A stretch of 64,000 nt of DNA from Octopus vulgaris (taxonomy: Eukaryota): assembly GCA_951406725.2 (NCBI GenBank), contig OX597815.1, positions 115,506,001 to 115,570,000 on the forward strand. The letters are read 5' to 3'. The notes beneath the pieces are model-generated. The model did no database searches, had not been told where the DNA came from, and worked only from the letters and a program-made list of their open reading frames with translations. Positions within the stretch are counted from its first letter, which is position 1. Each line of letters begins with the position of its first letter. Below, one piece after another: positions 51,501-63,933 of the stretch. A program made the position numbers and the translations under genes.

Positions 51501-53568
51501 GATGTTACTTGGTATTTATCAGTCTGAGAACCATTATAGAACTTGTTATTACTCAATATTGAGACACTATGTCTCTTGCTTTTAAAATGTGTCAGTTCTG
51601 ACATGATTATTGTTATGACTACAATCCCAAAACAACTCATTTTCTAAATTCCACTACAAGCTGAATAACTTACAACTGAAGTTGAAATGTAATTAGCATT
51701 TATAATTTCTTCTGTCTTTCTATAAAATATTTTAGAAGGAATTTTTTTCAAGTAACTGCTCTATTATTTTAAGAGATAATTTCATTACAATTATTATCTC
51801 ATTTGAATGTACTAACACTTATAACCAAGAGGCTCACTGTGATTTTTAAAATACAGGAGTTGAGTAGTTTATATCTTGCCCTTCAACTCACTGGAAAGGA
51901 GTAAAAGAGGGTGACAGAAACAGTAATAAGTAAAAGCCAAAAGTGCACACATAGTACACAGGAGAAAACACAAAAAGGCAGAAAAGTGAACAGTAAAAGA
52001 GCCATAAAGAAGAAAGGGTACACAGGCATGTAAGAATTAGTGTTGGTGATTTTTTTTTTTTTTTTACTTTGAATTTTTTAATACTCTGACAACTAACAAA
52101 TGATGTGGACAATTTCTGAGCATAGAAATCATCTTCGCTCAGAGAAACTAAACAAGAGAGCCTCCACATAATTACCTGACCTCGTAAACATAGCAGCTAA
52201 ATTGCTGCCAATCATATCTTAGCGTCTTAAAAAAAGGAGGAAAGACAAATTGGATAATGTAGTATAAAAAATATAGTATGTTCACAATTGGAATGCTTTT
52301 GACCACCATAAGTCTACTTGATTGGAGACGACCAGGAGTTAAACAACAATACCAGTAACATGCATTCAGATTTAATTTAATGGAAGGAGCTTTACTGTTA
52401 TCCCATTTTCTTTAGTAATCAATTCAACAAAGTTTAGACATGTGTGTGTGTGTGTGAGAGAGAGAGTGAGATAGAACTTTGTATAGCATATATTTATGAT
52501 TTTATTTCTCTTGAAAACAGCTGGGGTATTTAAGCCACTTTAGATTTTATTTGAGAATAAGATTATCCATGAATAAATTGGTTTCCCATTTTTTTATCAT
52601 GCTTCTCAGATTAGAGCTGGTTTTTCAGAGAAACCATAAAAAATACTAGATGCTAATTTAGTTTAATGATATGAGAATATTAATTTCTCATTTCACTTTC
52701 ATTAACATTAATAATTTAATTAAGAATGTTCATATGAATTAGTGTGTATGTGTGTGCATGCTTGTATTTTGCTTTAATAATAACTCTTATAAATGTAGGT
52801 ATTGTGTGTGAGAGAGAGAGAGAGAGTCTGTCTGTCTGTCAGTTTGTGTGTGTCTGTGGTTGACATTTTTTTCCTACAGGATTTATATTTTTTTTAGTTT
52901 GATTATGGATGTATTTTCATTTCCTGAAGTTTTTATCTTGTTTTCATATGTCGATCTCATGAAAAAAAAAATGTTTTTATAATAAAACCAAACATGGGCA
53001 ATAAGAGAAATAAGTGTAATTATTTCTGAAAGATATATCCTCATCATTCACTATGTGACGTTCAGTTCATTAATTAATTCAGATATATGTACAAGTCCAA
53101 TAATAACTAATACATAGCTCCAATTTGAGCCAAATTATGTTTGATGCAGCTCCACCTGCATGTTTTAACCACCTTGTTGATGATATCTCCTTACCCCTTT
53201 CTTAGTGAAATACCTCATATAACCCAGTTTTAAAAAAAAAAACCTTGCATGTTGATTTGACCTGAGCATCAGCTTTTGCAATCTCTTCCTAACACTTGTT
53301 ATTGTATGATTTACCCATTTGATTATTATTGATACCATTGTTGTTGCTGTTGTTTTGATGTTGCTGTTGTTTTATAATAATATCATTATTGTTGTTATTA
53401 ATCATTATCACTATTATTATTACTACTATTATTATAATAATTATTATCATTATTATTATAGTTGTTACTGTTCTTAAATTTTAATATGCAAAAAGAGAAC
53501 AGGGAAATTTCTGTCTTAACCATATATGTACATTAGCAAGCATAAACACACACACACACACACATACA

Positions 53569-53622
<54 letters not shown>

Positions 53623-54115
53623 CATTTATATATACATATACATGCATACATATGTATGTGTATATATATGTAGAAGCATGCTTCTACATATTCACGAAAG
53701 TCATCATCTCTAGGTATATGTATGTGTATATATACATAAACCGCATATATATGAATATCTTTACATGTATCTGAAACATTTCCTAGTGTCACTGAATCAG
53801 CAGCTGTACCATTAAAGAACTAAGCATATCTAATATTACACCCGTCTAAATGTATCTTTATATAATGTCTATATATTCTTGATTCTTGTTCAATCATCCT
53901 GGTACCTCTCTTTGGTTAATGTTCATCCTGTTGACTGTTGCACATAACACACCACCATTCAGCACCATGGCTCTAGTGATCACAACTGGCTAATAATGCT
54001 ATATATTTCAATTCTTTTCTTTTATTTCAAGCTTTATCTTCTTTTTATATTTCTTTCTTTTTTTCTCAGTATCATTTTCAGTATCATGTTTTCACCTGCA
54101 AATTAATATATACAT

Positions 54116-55978
54116 AGGTTAGACCAATCACAAACGCCTTCAGGTAGATGGCCTTGCTCGATCTGTAGAAAAGGCGTAGGTAGAAACTCTATAAGATGCA
54201 CCAAATGTAAGCTATGGACACATAAGAGATGTAGTAATGTCAAAGGAAGACTAACTAGGAAAATGGTTTTTATCTGTGGCAGATGCTCAGGAGCAATAAA
54301 CTCTGGGAATATGCAGAGACCAACTTCTATCACGTTTCAGGGAGAAAAACTAGAAGTAGTTGATAGCTTCCGCTACCTAGGTGACCAAGTCAGTAGTGGG
54401 GGCGGTTGTGCTGAAAGTATAACTGCTAGAGTAAGAATAGCCTGGGCAAAGTTTAGAGAGCTCTTACCCCTACTGGTGACAAAAGGCCTCTCGCTCAAAG
54501 TAAAAGGCAGACTGTATGATGCATGTGTACGTACAGCCATGCTACATGGTAGTGAAACTTGGGCTATGACTGCTGAGGATTTACGTAAGCTCGCAAGAAA
54601 TGAAGCTAGTATGCTCCGTTGGATGTGTAATGTCAGTGTTCATAGTCGACATAGTGTAAGTACCTTGAGAGAAAAGTTGGACCTAAGAGGCATCAGATGT
54701 TGTGTGCAAGAGAGACGTTTGCGCTGGTATGGTCATGTGGCGAGAATGGACGAAGATAGGTGTGTGAAAAAGTGCCACACCCTGGCAGTTGAGGGGACCT
54801 GTGGAAGAGGTAGACCCAGGAAAACCTGGGTCGGGGTGGTGAAGCACGACCTTCGAACTCTAGGTCTCACCAAGGAAATGACCAGAGACCGAGACCTGTG
54901 GAAGTATGCTGTGCATGAGAAGACCCAGCAAGACCAGTGAGAACAATCAAAATCAAATCATATATCCGTGTCCGCTGCCAGCCTCGTCTGGCACCCGTGT
55001 CGATGATACGTAAAAGCACCATTCGCTCGTGGCCGTTTGCCAGCTCTGTTTGGCCCCCGTGTCGGTGGCACGTAAAAGCACCATCCGTACGTGTTCGTTG
55101 CCAGCCTCGGCTGGCCCCCGTACCGGTGACACGTAAAAGCACTGTCCGTTCGTGGCCGTTTGCCAGCTCTGTCTGGCCCCGTGCCGGTGACACGTAAAAG
55201 CACCATCCGCTCGTGTTCGTTGCCAGCCTCGGCTAGCCCCCGTGCCGGTGACACGTAAAAGCACCGTCCATTCGTGGCCGTTTGCCAGCTGTGTCTGGCC
55301 CCGTGCCGGTGACACGTAAAAGCACCATCCGCTCGTGTTCGTTGCCAGCCTCGGCTGGCCCCCATGCCAGTGACACGTAAAAGCACCATCCGCTCGTGTT
55401 CGTTGCCAGCCTCGGCTAGCCCCCGTGCTGGTGACATGTAAAAGCACCGTCCGTTTGTGGCCGTTTGCCAGCTCTGTCTGGCCCCGTGTCGGTGACACGT
55501 AAAAGCACCATCCGCTCGTGTTCGTTGCCAGCCTCGGCTGGCCCCCATGCCGGTGACACGTAAAAGCACCATCCGTTCGTGTTCATTGCCAGCCTCGGCT
55601 GGCCCCGTGCCGGTGACACGTAAAAGCACCATCCGTTCGTGGCCGTTTGCCAGCTCTGTCTGGCCCCGTGTCGGTGGCACGTAAAAGCACCATCCGCTCG
55701 TGTTCGTTGCCAGCCTCGGCTGGCCCCCGTGCCGGTGACACGTAAAAGCACCATCCGTTCATGGCCGTTGTGCCAGCTCTGTCTGGCACCTGTGCAGGTG
55801 GCATGTAAAAAACACCCACTACACTCGCGGAGTGGTTGGCGTTAGGAAGGGCATCCAGCCGTAGAAACACTGCCAAATCTGACTGGGCCTGATGAAGCCT
55901 TCCGGCTTCACAGACCCCAGTTAAACCGTCCAACCCATGCTAGCATGGAAAACGGACGCTAAATGATGATGATGATGA
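54116..55978 (+). mobile_element. 5'-truncated young RTE-clade LINE (ORF C-terminus, minisatellite-containing 3' UTR, (GAT)n tail)
   Basis: Uninterrupted frame 54119-54940: FRYLGDQVS..ARVRIAWAKFRELLPLL..MLHGSETW..RRLRWYGHVARM..RGRPRKTW..DRDLW; high GC and CpG retention. Confidence 0.95.
54966..55812 (+). repeat. ~61-bp GC-rich minisatellite, ~14 units of two alternating variants
   Basis: Invariant GTGACACGTAAAAGCACC core; variant A GCCAGCCTCGGCTGGC, variant B GCCAGCTCTGTCTGGC; order read as AB AB AB AAB AAB AB. Confidence 0.95.
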
Positions 55979-56037
55979 TAGGTAGATACATACATATATA
56001 AATCCACACTACAAACAAATGGATAAGTACTCAATAC

Positions 56038-56420
56038 AGGCATGGCTGTGTGAGTTAGAAGCTTGCTTCCTAACCATCTGGTCTTGGATTCAGTCTCATT
56101 GTTCAGCTCCCTAAGCAAGTGTCTACTACTATAGCCCTAAGCTAATCAAACCTTTGTGAGTGGATCAGATATATATAAAATAAAAGAAGCCTGTTTTATA
56201 TATGTGTGTATATCTGTGTTTGTGTTGTGTTTGTCCCCACCACCTTTTGACAGCTGGTTGTGGTTTGTTTATGTCCCCATAACTTAGTAGTTTGGCAAAG
56301 AGACTGATACAGTAAGTATTAGACTTAAAAATCTAAAGTACTTGAATCGATTGGGTTCACTAAAAATTCTTCAAAGTGGTGCTTCAGCAGGGCAACAGTC
56401 TAATGACTAAAACAAGTAAA
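56038..56420 (+). mobile_element. tRNA-derived SINE, family 1 (diverged)
   Basis: GGCATGGCTGTGTG..GCAAGTGTCTACTACTATAGC..GTCTAATGACTAAAACAAGTAAAA. Confidence 0.85.
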
Positions 56421-57059
56421 AAATTATATATATTATAGAGTATAATTATTTATTTAGACACAGTTGGCTCATTGTTCCATGATTATTCAGAACTTTCTAT
56501 TCTTTGCACTTATACAGGGAAAATGTTTTAATTGTCATTATCAACAGAGCATTAGAATAAGGTTGCACACAGTAATTTTACATTTCTACAGGTATAGCAA
56601 GGAATTTTTTGTCACTGTTAAAATGTACTTCCTTGTTTCACATAGATGCCACAAGTTATTTAACTAGAATTCTTTATAATCCGGCTGTAGCTGTTAGATG
56701 TAATAGGTTTTTTAGTTCTCTCACTATAAACAGAATATCAGAAACAACACACGATATGTATAAAAAGAAACAATAACTGAATGCATCTAGAAATCTCTTA
56801 CGCTCCACTTTCAATGGGAAATATCGTTCAAAGATGTGTAGAACTGATGTGAGAACAACAGATGGGACTGAAATCATTGGCTGTGAATCCTGTATAATTC
56901 CTCAGGATACCATCAGTAGGATGAGGGTTGCACTATAAAACCCTGCCTTGGAAAGGCATAATTCTATCAGAGGAAGGTAGATTGATTTTGATAATTGAAG
57001 GTTAGTGTCTAGACTAATGGTTGTGTAGGTGTATGCTTTTATTCTATTGTAGTGGAAGT

Positions 57060-57225
57060 ATTGTTATACAGACAGGAGTAACTAACTTTAACATTGTGAA
57101 GATTAAAAAACTTGTGGTATTTATGTGTGCTTAGAAAATGATGTCTAATAAAGAAAAAAAATTCTTGGATATGTTCATGGAGATTTCTAGATTGAATAGA
57201 GGATGGAACCAAGTTGTTTTTCTTT
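57060..57225 (-). mobile_element. Penelope-like element linker remnant
   Basis: Minus strand WFHPLFNLEISMNISKNFFSLLD/HFLSTHKYHKFFNLHNVKVSYSCLYN, the same PLE region as at 296-470. Confidence 0.75.
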
Positions 57226-60200
57226 TTGTGGTGGGTGGGGGTCGTTTACTCTTTTCAGCTCCAACACAAGGAAAAGTCTATCTCTCTGTTTCACTTCATC
57301 TTCAAACTTCAAACCATGAGAAGTGAATTGCACAGCTTGACTAAGAGCTAACTTGACAATATTCCTACTTATTCAACTGGAGAGTTAAACTGCCATCTTT
57401 GTTTCTCCCAGAGGCTGTATTTATTGAAACAGCCCACCATATTCCTTAGCAAGAAGAGTGACCTTCCATTCTACTCAACATAGCTCTCTACTCCCTAATT
57501 TTAAACTATTAGTTGATAGTACTCATAGTTTTTACTGAAATTCTACCAGAATTAAAAGCAAAAGAGAGTTATCTCTATTGTATCAGAGTTGCACTTTTCA
57601 GTAGCTATTGCAACATGCAACATCTAACAGTCTTCTGTGAATAACTTGAGGTGATTAATAGGAATGAACTTTATACAACATCCAATGATAGTCGACCTTT
57701 AGAGCTCCTGGTTGCCTCAGTACTTAGATTCACAGCTTCTGAAGGATGAAGTATGATTTAGCTTCTATGAAACTTTGATTTATGCAGATTTAAAATCACA
57801 AGTTGTTTACATATATATATATATATTAAATGAGTTTTAAACTGAAAGCTAGAGAAAATATGTTTTCACAAAATTTTCTTTTGGTAATATTTTCAAAATT
57901 TATAATTGAACATATATATCATTTTTGTTTTTATTGTTGACTTATGTAGAAGCATAATATATTACCACTGAAACAATAGCTTTGATGGAGGGTAATGGAA
58001 GACAATATCAATATTTTCATTCACTATTCCTAAGCATTTCCTTACTGATTTAAAAATACCAACGATATAATAGAATATAACAGTTAAAACAGCCTGTCTC
58101 ATAACTAGGATGGAATAACCACAATAAACTAACAATTAAATACTGGTTAGCACACATTTTGGAGCATGGAGTCAGTATGACATTCTGAAAATTGGCTCCC
58201 CACTGATCACTGAGCAGAACTAACTCAATAACAACAACTGTGATGAAATAAAAGTCAGTCCATGATAATTGCATTGCTCTAACCTGGTACCAAATTAAAA
58301 TTGTTTCATTATTTTAATTGAAAACATATATGATAATCTCTGACTTATAAATACATCAGACATCTTGTGTGTATCCTGCTTCAGGTAAAGCATTAACTAC
58401 TAAATGCTTAATAAATATATTTAATAATAAAAAATTCTTACAAAGGTCTCTCAAATATTCAAAATAGTTTCTGCGGGTGCATGCATATATTGCGCATCTG
58501 TGTATATCTACATGTACATTCATGAAAAAATAACTTTTAATGTTACTTGTCTTAATGATAATTATGGTATAGTAAAAAATATTTGTAAAACAAATATAAG
58601 TACGCTGTATTATCCAGATTATTTAACTTATTTGGACATAAAATGAAAGTTTGGTAAGTATGTAGTCTTTTGGCTAGTATCACCAATGTTTTTTTATATA
58701 AAATTTCTTGCTTCAGAATTAGTTTTATCATTTCAATCATTTCATTCCTCCCTTTTCTATTTTCACACCTTTTACTTGTTTCTTTTAATTTTTCTTTGAT
58801 CATTATTATCATTATCAAGTACCACTTTTCTTTACTCTTATTTCACAAGAATTCACCAGTTTAGGGACATAATTTGCAAATATTGAATATCTTTTTAAGA
58901 ATAGAATGTTTCTATTAATTGCACTTTTAATTAATACATGCATTTTCAGTCATTCTTTTTTTCCCTTTGCTTTGTTATTTTGTAAATTTTATTATAATTC
59001 TTAGGGGGCTTTGATTAGTTTTGTTTTTAAAGCAATTATATATTTTAAATGAAATTTAAAACCATTAATGTAAATTAAATTTATCCAGTTACTACTATTA
59101 TTTTATTTTAGTTCAGTATACATTTGAAGTATCAATATCATTTAGTTCTGAATGAGCTTCTTAACCTAATCATTTTTTAAATCTTTAATCCTGCTTCAGC
59201 CATGATTTAACTTCAGTCATATGATAGGAAGCAGCATTTTCTGGATCAATTGTTTTGTACCTTTAATTTCATTTGATTTCACAAAATGGTTATTGTATAT
59301 GAATAACAAAATAAAACTAGGTACCCAAATCAAAATATTATTGGAAACTAATCCTACTCTCTTCTGACATTAAACTTAAACACTAAAGGATGGTGTACCT
59401 ACAGTAAATTGACTCTACTAATGGGGCCTCACACTTACAATCAACAGACTGAGTATCTAGAATATAATGTAAAAATATTTTTGCCTTTTAACATGCAAAA
59501 ATAATTAAAATTTATTTCATAATAATATTGCATGATAGGGTCAACTGAATGATGTATTTTAATGAAGCTTCACAAAAATGATTTTACTTTTATGAATATA
59601 CATAATATACTCGTAAGATGCACATAAATTCGGCTATACAAACCTGCTTTAAAATCTCAAGAACTGATTAAATTTCTACTCACCCAATCTGATCACTGTA
59701 ATATATGCTGCTAATTCTTGCTTTAATAAAAACAAAATTGTAAAATATTCATTCTAATCCTATACTTTTGTATTACAAAATGAAACTGGGAAAAACAATT
59801 GTAGGTTGGCCACTTGACTCTTAAAATCAAAATATTTAATATTCTAATAATTATCATCCTTATTTAGTTAATTTTTAATCATTTGTCATAATAAATTTCC
59901 TGTATGAACCAGTTATATTGTATTTGGTATCATGATTAAATTTTTAGAAAACATAAATCACTTCTTATCATTTGAATGTTAACCATGGTTCTATCATCAG
60001 TCTTTCTATTTTTATTTTTTCAACTGAAGCAAATGCTATCAAAGGCCTCTTGAATCATAATTTCTCTTATAATCTTACCTTTATTTCAGATTTCACTTTT
60101 CATTTGAAAATATTTTCTCTTAACATGACCTTCATACTTACTTATTTCAGGTGTAAATACCTGTTACTCCAAGTGCTGCCTTAATATTCCTTTTCCTTTC

Positions 60201-60314
60201 TTAGTTTTTGCAATTTTGATTAGAGATCATTTGTCCAGTTGTGGTCACTTCTTAGCCCTGTGCCATTTTGTAGAGCCTGTGTAACCTGCATGTTGCTTTG
60301 ATTTTGACCCATAG

Positions 60315-60443
60315 CTGTACAGGAGGAAATAAACATGGCTGCACGGCGTGTTTCTCTGGCCCCCATCAATCGTGCTAATGTCCAAAGTCGTAGCATGTCA
60401 TGGAGAAATGGTAGCATACACTGGGGAAGGCTAACCCTTGAAG
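60315..60443 (+). CDS. unc80: UNC80 internal exon (AVQEEINMAARRVSLAPINRANVQSRSMSWRNGSIHWGRLTLE)
   Basis: ttttgacccatag acceptor, GTACTA donor, 129 nt, phase 1-1, in frame with the exon ending 33541; human EEVTNLASRRLSVSP..RNYSFRRGSVW. Confidence 0.9.
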
Positions 60444-61262
60444 GTACTATAACCCTTCCATTTTCTGCTTTTGTATGTTACCTAAAACACTAAAATATTT
60501 TATTTTTAACTTTTGAATGATCATCATCTGTTTCTTCATTTTAAATATCTTTATGTTATTTCCTTATATTAGCTGCTCTAAAATGTTATTGAATCTTCAA
60601 GTGAGAAATTTTATTTGATGTTTTCAATATTCATTGTTAGATTTTACTCTTAAAAGAATTAATTTTGAAAAGCAATATTAAAAAGTAATCAGTTATATGT
60701 CTAAAACTGGAAAGTATAATATTTTTTGAAACTAATACTGTAATTCAGTCTCATTTATTAGCATACTAGCATACTACCCTTCAACAATAATAACATTTGA
60801 GTATGGAATAACTTATGCAAACATAAATTTGTGTGGAAGAATAAGTTAGACATAGTGAGATTGACTTGTACAGAGAGAGATATAGAATTAATGATAGAAG
60901 TAAAGAGTAATTAAGTAATAGAGATAGAGGGGGAATATATCTGTCAATGTATGAGTTTAAAGTCCATGAGATGAACTCTCCTTCTACATGTATATTACCT
61001 AATTACTCTTTTCTTTTCATTCTCTATGTCTCGATCTTACGCTTTTTCAAACACATTCTGTTTTTCGGTGTGTGTGTGTCTCTCCTTCTACTTTACTATC
61101 TATTTTAAGATATATTTAGGTGTACCTTAATAATTTTAATGATTACAGTGAGTTGTTGACAGTCTTCATTCAAGTATAAACTTCTAATATACAAGAACAA
61201 AGTCTATCAATTTCACTTTATCATCTGAGACATTCAGTACAAAGCTTGTGTGCATATTAAAT

Positions 61263-61288
<26 letters not shown>

Positions 61289-61294
<6 letters not shown>

Positions 61295-62046
61295 CAAATG
61301 AAATAAAAAAACAGAACACAAAGGATGTCATGGTACACGTGATTCGAGCTTTATAAAACAACTTATTCTTACATCAATGTATAATCAGCATAACAGATAG
61401 TTTAAAGCCCTCTTCAGCCACATGCAATTGCTACACCAAAGACTTGTATCACATTATGAAATGGTAGGTAAATTGAGTTTCACTGAGAAAGTATGTTTGT
61501 AAATCTTCATAATCAAATAGGTGTACAGGGTATTATTGGACTCCAAAAATTCGTCCATACTGTTTCATCACTCAATATCCAAACATACTTTCTCAGTGAA
61601 ACTCAATTTACCTACCATTATAAATAATACCAAATGTTCTTTTTCGGACCTTTCATAATGTGATACAAGTCTTTGGTGTAGCAATTGCATGCGGCTGAAG
61701 AGGGCTTTAACCCTTTAGTGTTCAGATTACTCTGTTAAATGTAATATTTTTTTACTCAAATTGTTTTTAATTAATCTTGCATTATCTTATAGCTTTGGGG
61801 TTTCAATGATGTGATTGTTTATTTTTAGAATGTCAATGTAGATTAGGTGTTAGAGGCTAGATATGGCCAGTTGGAATGTAAAACATGTAGAATATTTGAG
61901 CCGGATATGGCCGGTTTAAACACTAAAGGGTTAAACTATCTGTTATGTCAATTATACATTGATGTAAGAATAAGTTGTTTTATAAAGCTCGAAACATGTG
62001 TACCGCGACATCCTTTGTGTTCTGTTTTTTATTTCATTTGATACAT
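61289..62046. mobile_element. Fold-back element with ~210-bp arms, each containing a hammerhead motif
   Basis: 61289-61500 is the reverse complement of 61581-62046 once the nested MITE and a ~30-bp indel are removed. Plus-strand motif TGCGG-CTGAAGA-GGGCTTTA..TAAAGCTC-GAAA-CATGTG-TA-CCGCG. Confidence 0.88.
61711..61930 (+). mobile_element. 220-bp piggyBac-type MITE with TTAA duplication
   Basis: TTAA-CCCTTTAGTGTT...AACACTAAAGGG-TTAA; the empty site is visible in the opposite arm (61401-61410). Confidence 0.92.
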
Positions 62047-63489
62047 ATATCCTCTCACCTCTGCTACTAGCTGGCATATACAGGTGCTTATACTTATCAA
62101 GTATTCACCCTGAATTTATTGTATATGCATTTATGTACATGCATATGTATATGTGTGTATGTATATGTTTATGATGTTTTTATTACATGAAAGAACCAGT
62201 GAACAAAAAAATTCATACAGGCTTTTATGCAGAGCAGTCAATTTCATATAATAGTTGTACTTTTAGATTTAGCTATCTCTGTATTGGCTTTAAATGTGAA
62301 CTGGTTGAATGGTTGGAATATTAAACATTTGGCTGGCTGGTGAACTGTATGGGTAATGTCCCCTTCCAGATGCTTTTTATGTCTTTGAACTATTAAGTTA
62401 ATTTTACATCTTTTTGGTTCAAGAAGCCAAAGAATATATATTAGTGAGCAAAGTTTTACTAACATTAAGAGTATAATCAATTTAATCAACTGTATATACC
62501 TGTATTACAAGTCCTAGAAGTATGAAAGTTCCATTGTTTATTACGTCAATTTAACTCAGAATGCAAAGGAGAAAACTAATTACCATACTGCATTATACAG
62601 ATGATGTAATTTTTGAATAAGTATAGCTGTTAAAAGCTGCATCTGTAACATGAATTACAGTGGTTAAATTTCTCCCATGTCCCTTCATTTTTGCTGCAAA
62701 ATATGATTATTTTCATTGAAATCATTCAAGGGTTAAAAATAATGTTGAACTGAGTGTATATGAAAATAAATTTAAATATTAATCCCTCTTTCTCTCTCTC
62801 TGTTTATCTTTATTTTTCTTTCTATCTTATTCTTTCCCTCTCTATCTCTTTTCCTTCTCATTCTCTCTAACACTATCTCTGCACTGTCTAAAGAACACAT
62901 TGCTTATTGCCTGTTATAATGAACCTAACTGCAAGTGCATCCTAGAAGTTGGTTAACATGCTAATTAAACATATTCATTGCATATAGTTGCATTAAACGA
63001 GCCAAATTGAAATTATATACTTCAGTCTTTAGATAATGCATAACTGATATTATTTTGTTATTTTCCTTAATTATTTTTTCTTCTTCTTTGTTTATTTGTT
63101 ATTCTGCTATTTTCTTTCCAGTATGAAACTGTATATCAAATTATTCCATGCTTTATAAAATGATGTAGTACTGATGCAAATATCAGCTGCTATATCATTA
63201 TATATATATATATATATATATATATAATGTATATATATATGTATATGTACACATGCACACACAAACGCACACACACACGCATGCACAACACTAACACACA
63301 CTCACACATTGTGCTTGATATTGATGTATTTGGCAGAAATCACATTACATATATATATACATGAGCATATGTTTATGCATATCATTCCTGTAATTATATA
63401 TAGGTTTTGGCTTGTATAGGCCCAGGCCATGTATAAATTAATAGCACCACCTGGTGGAGTCTTTTAGTGATATATGGGGCACCATATAA

Positions 63490-63880
63490 ATCCTACAGAC
63501 ATATAAACACCTTTATATGTGTAATCTCTCTATGCCAGCTAAACTTGTTGTACTGTTTATTAGTCATAAGACACCCGCTGTTTTTGTCCTGTTTTTACCA
63601 TTATTGTTTTTTGTACTTTATATTCGTGTGGCATCGTCCGTTTTTCTGTCCCTGTTTTGTATACATTCGATCTTTCTTCCAAGAAATCTAATGCTCGTAG
63701 CTTAGTTTTTCCTTGGGGCTGGCCAGATCGGAGCGATCTCAAGATTAATCAGCCAAAATTGCTAGGATGATCTGGTTCTTGACTGAAGATTGAAGGCTTC
63801 GAATGTCCCGTCCGTGTTTTTTGTATCATCTTCTTAATGTTTTATGTTCTTGTCCCAGTTTGTATTTTTCTGTATTTTTC

Positions 63881-63890
<10 letters not shown>
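63490..63890 (+). mobile_element. Unclassified interspersed repeat with a degenerate hammerhead-like arrangement, ending in (TA)n
   Basis: CpG-retaining block; CTAATGC (63688) .. GGCTGG..TCAGCC-AAAA (63717-63758) could derive from CTGATGC..stem II..GAAA. Confidence 0.4.

Positions 63891-63933
<43 letters not shown>

Noticed and set aside
55885-55915. CTGATGA-AGCC ttcc GGCT hammerhead-like start in the RTE 3' UTR
   Set aside because: No GAAA follows the stem, and the sister copy at ~36715 reads CCTGGTGCAGCC, so the match is a chance mutation.
54867-55933. Long repetitive minus-strand ORFs (up to 240 aa) and a CRISPR-like repeat appearance
   Set aside because: ORFs are by-products of a GC-rich minisatellite. 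The inter-repeat segments are two recurring variants rather than unique spacers, there are no cas genes, and the context is eukaryotic.
58618-58653. 36-nt segment with cag acceptor and GTAAGT donor
   Set aside because: In-frame TGA in the required phase and a weak pyrimidine tract; cannot be supported as coding.
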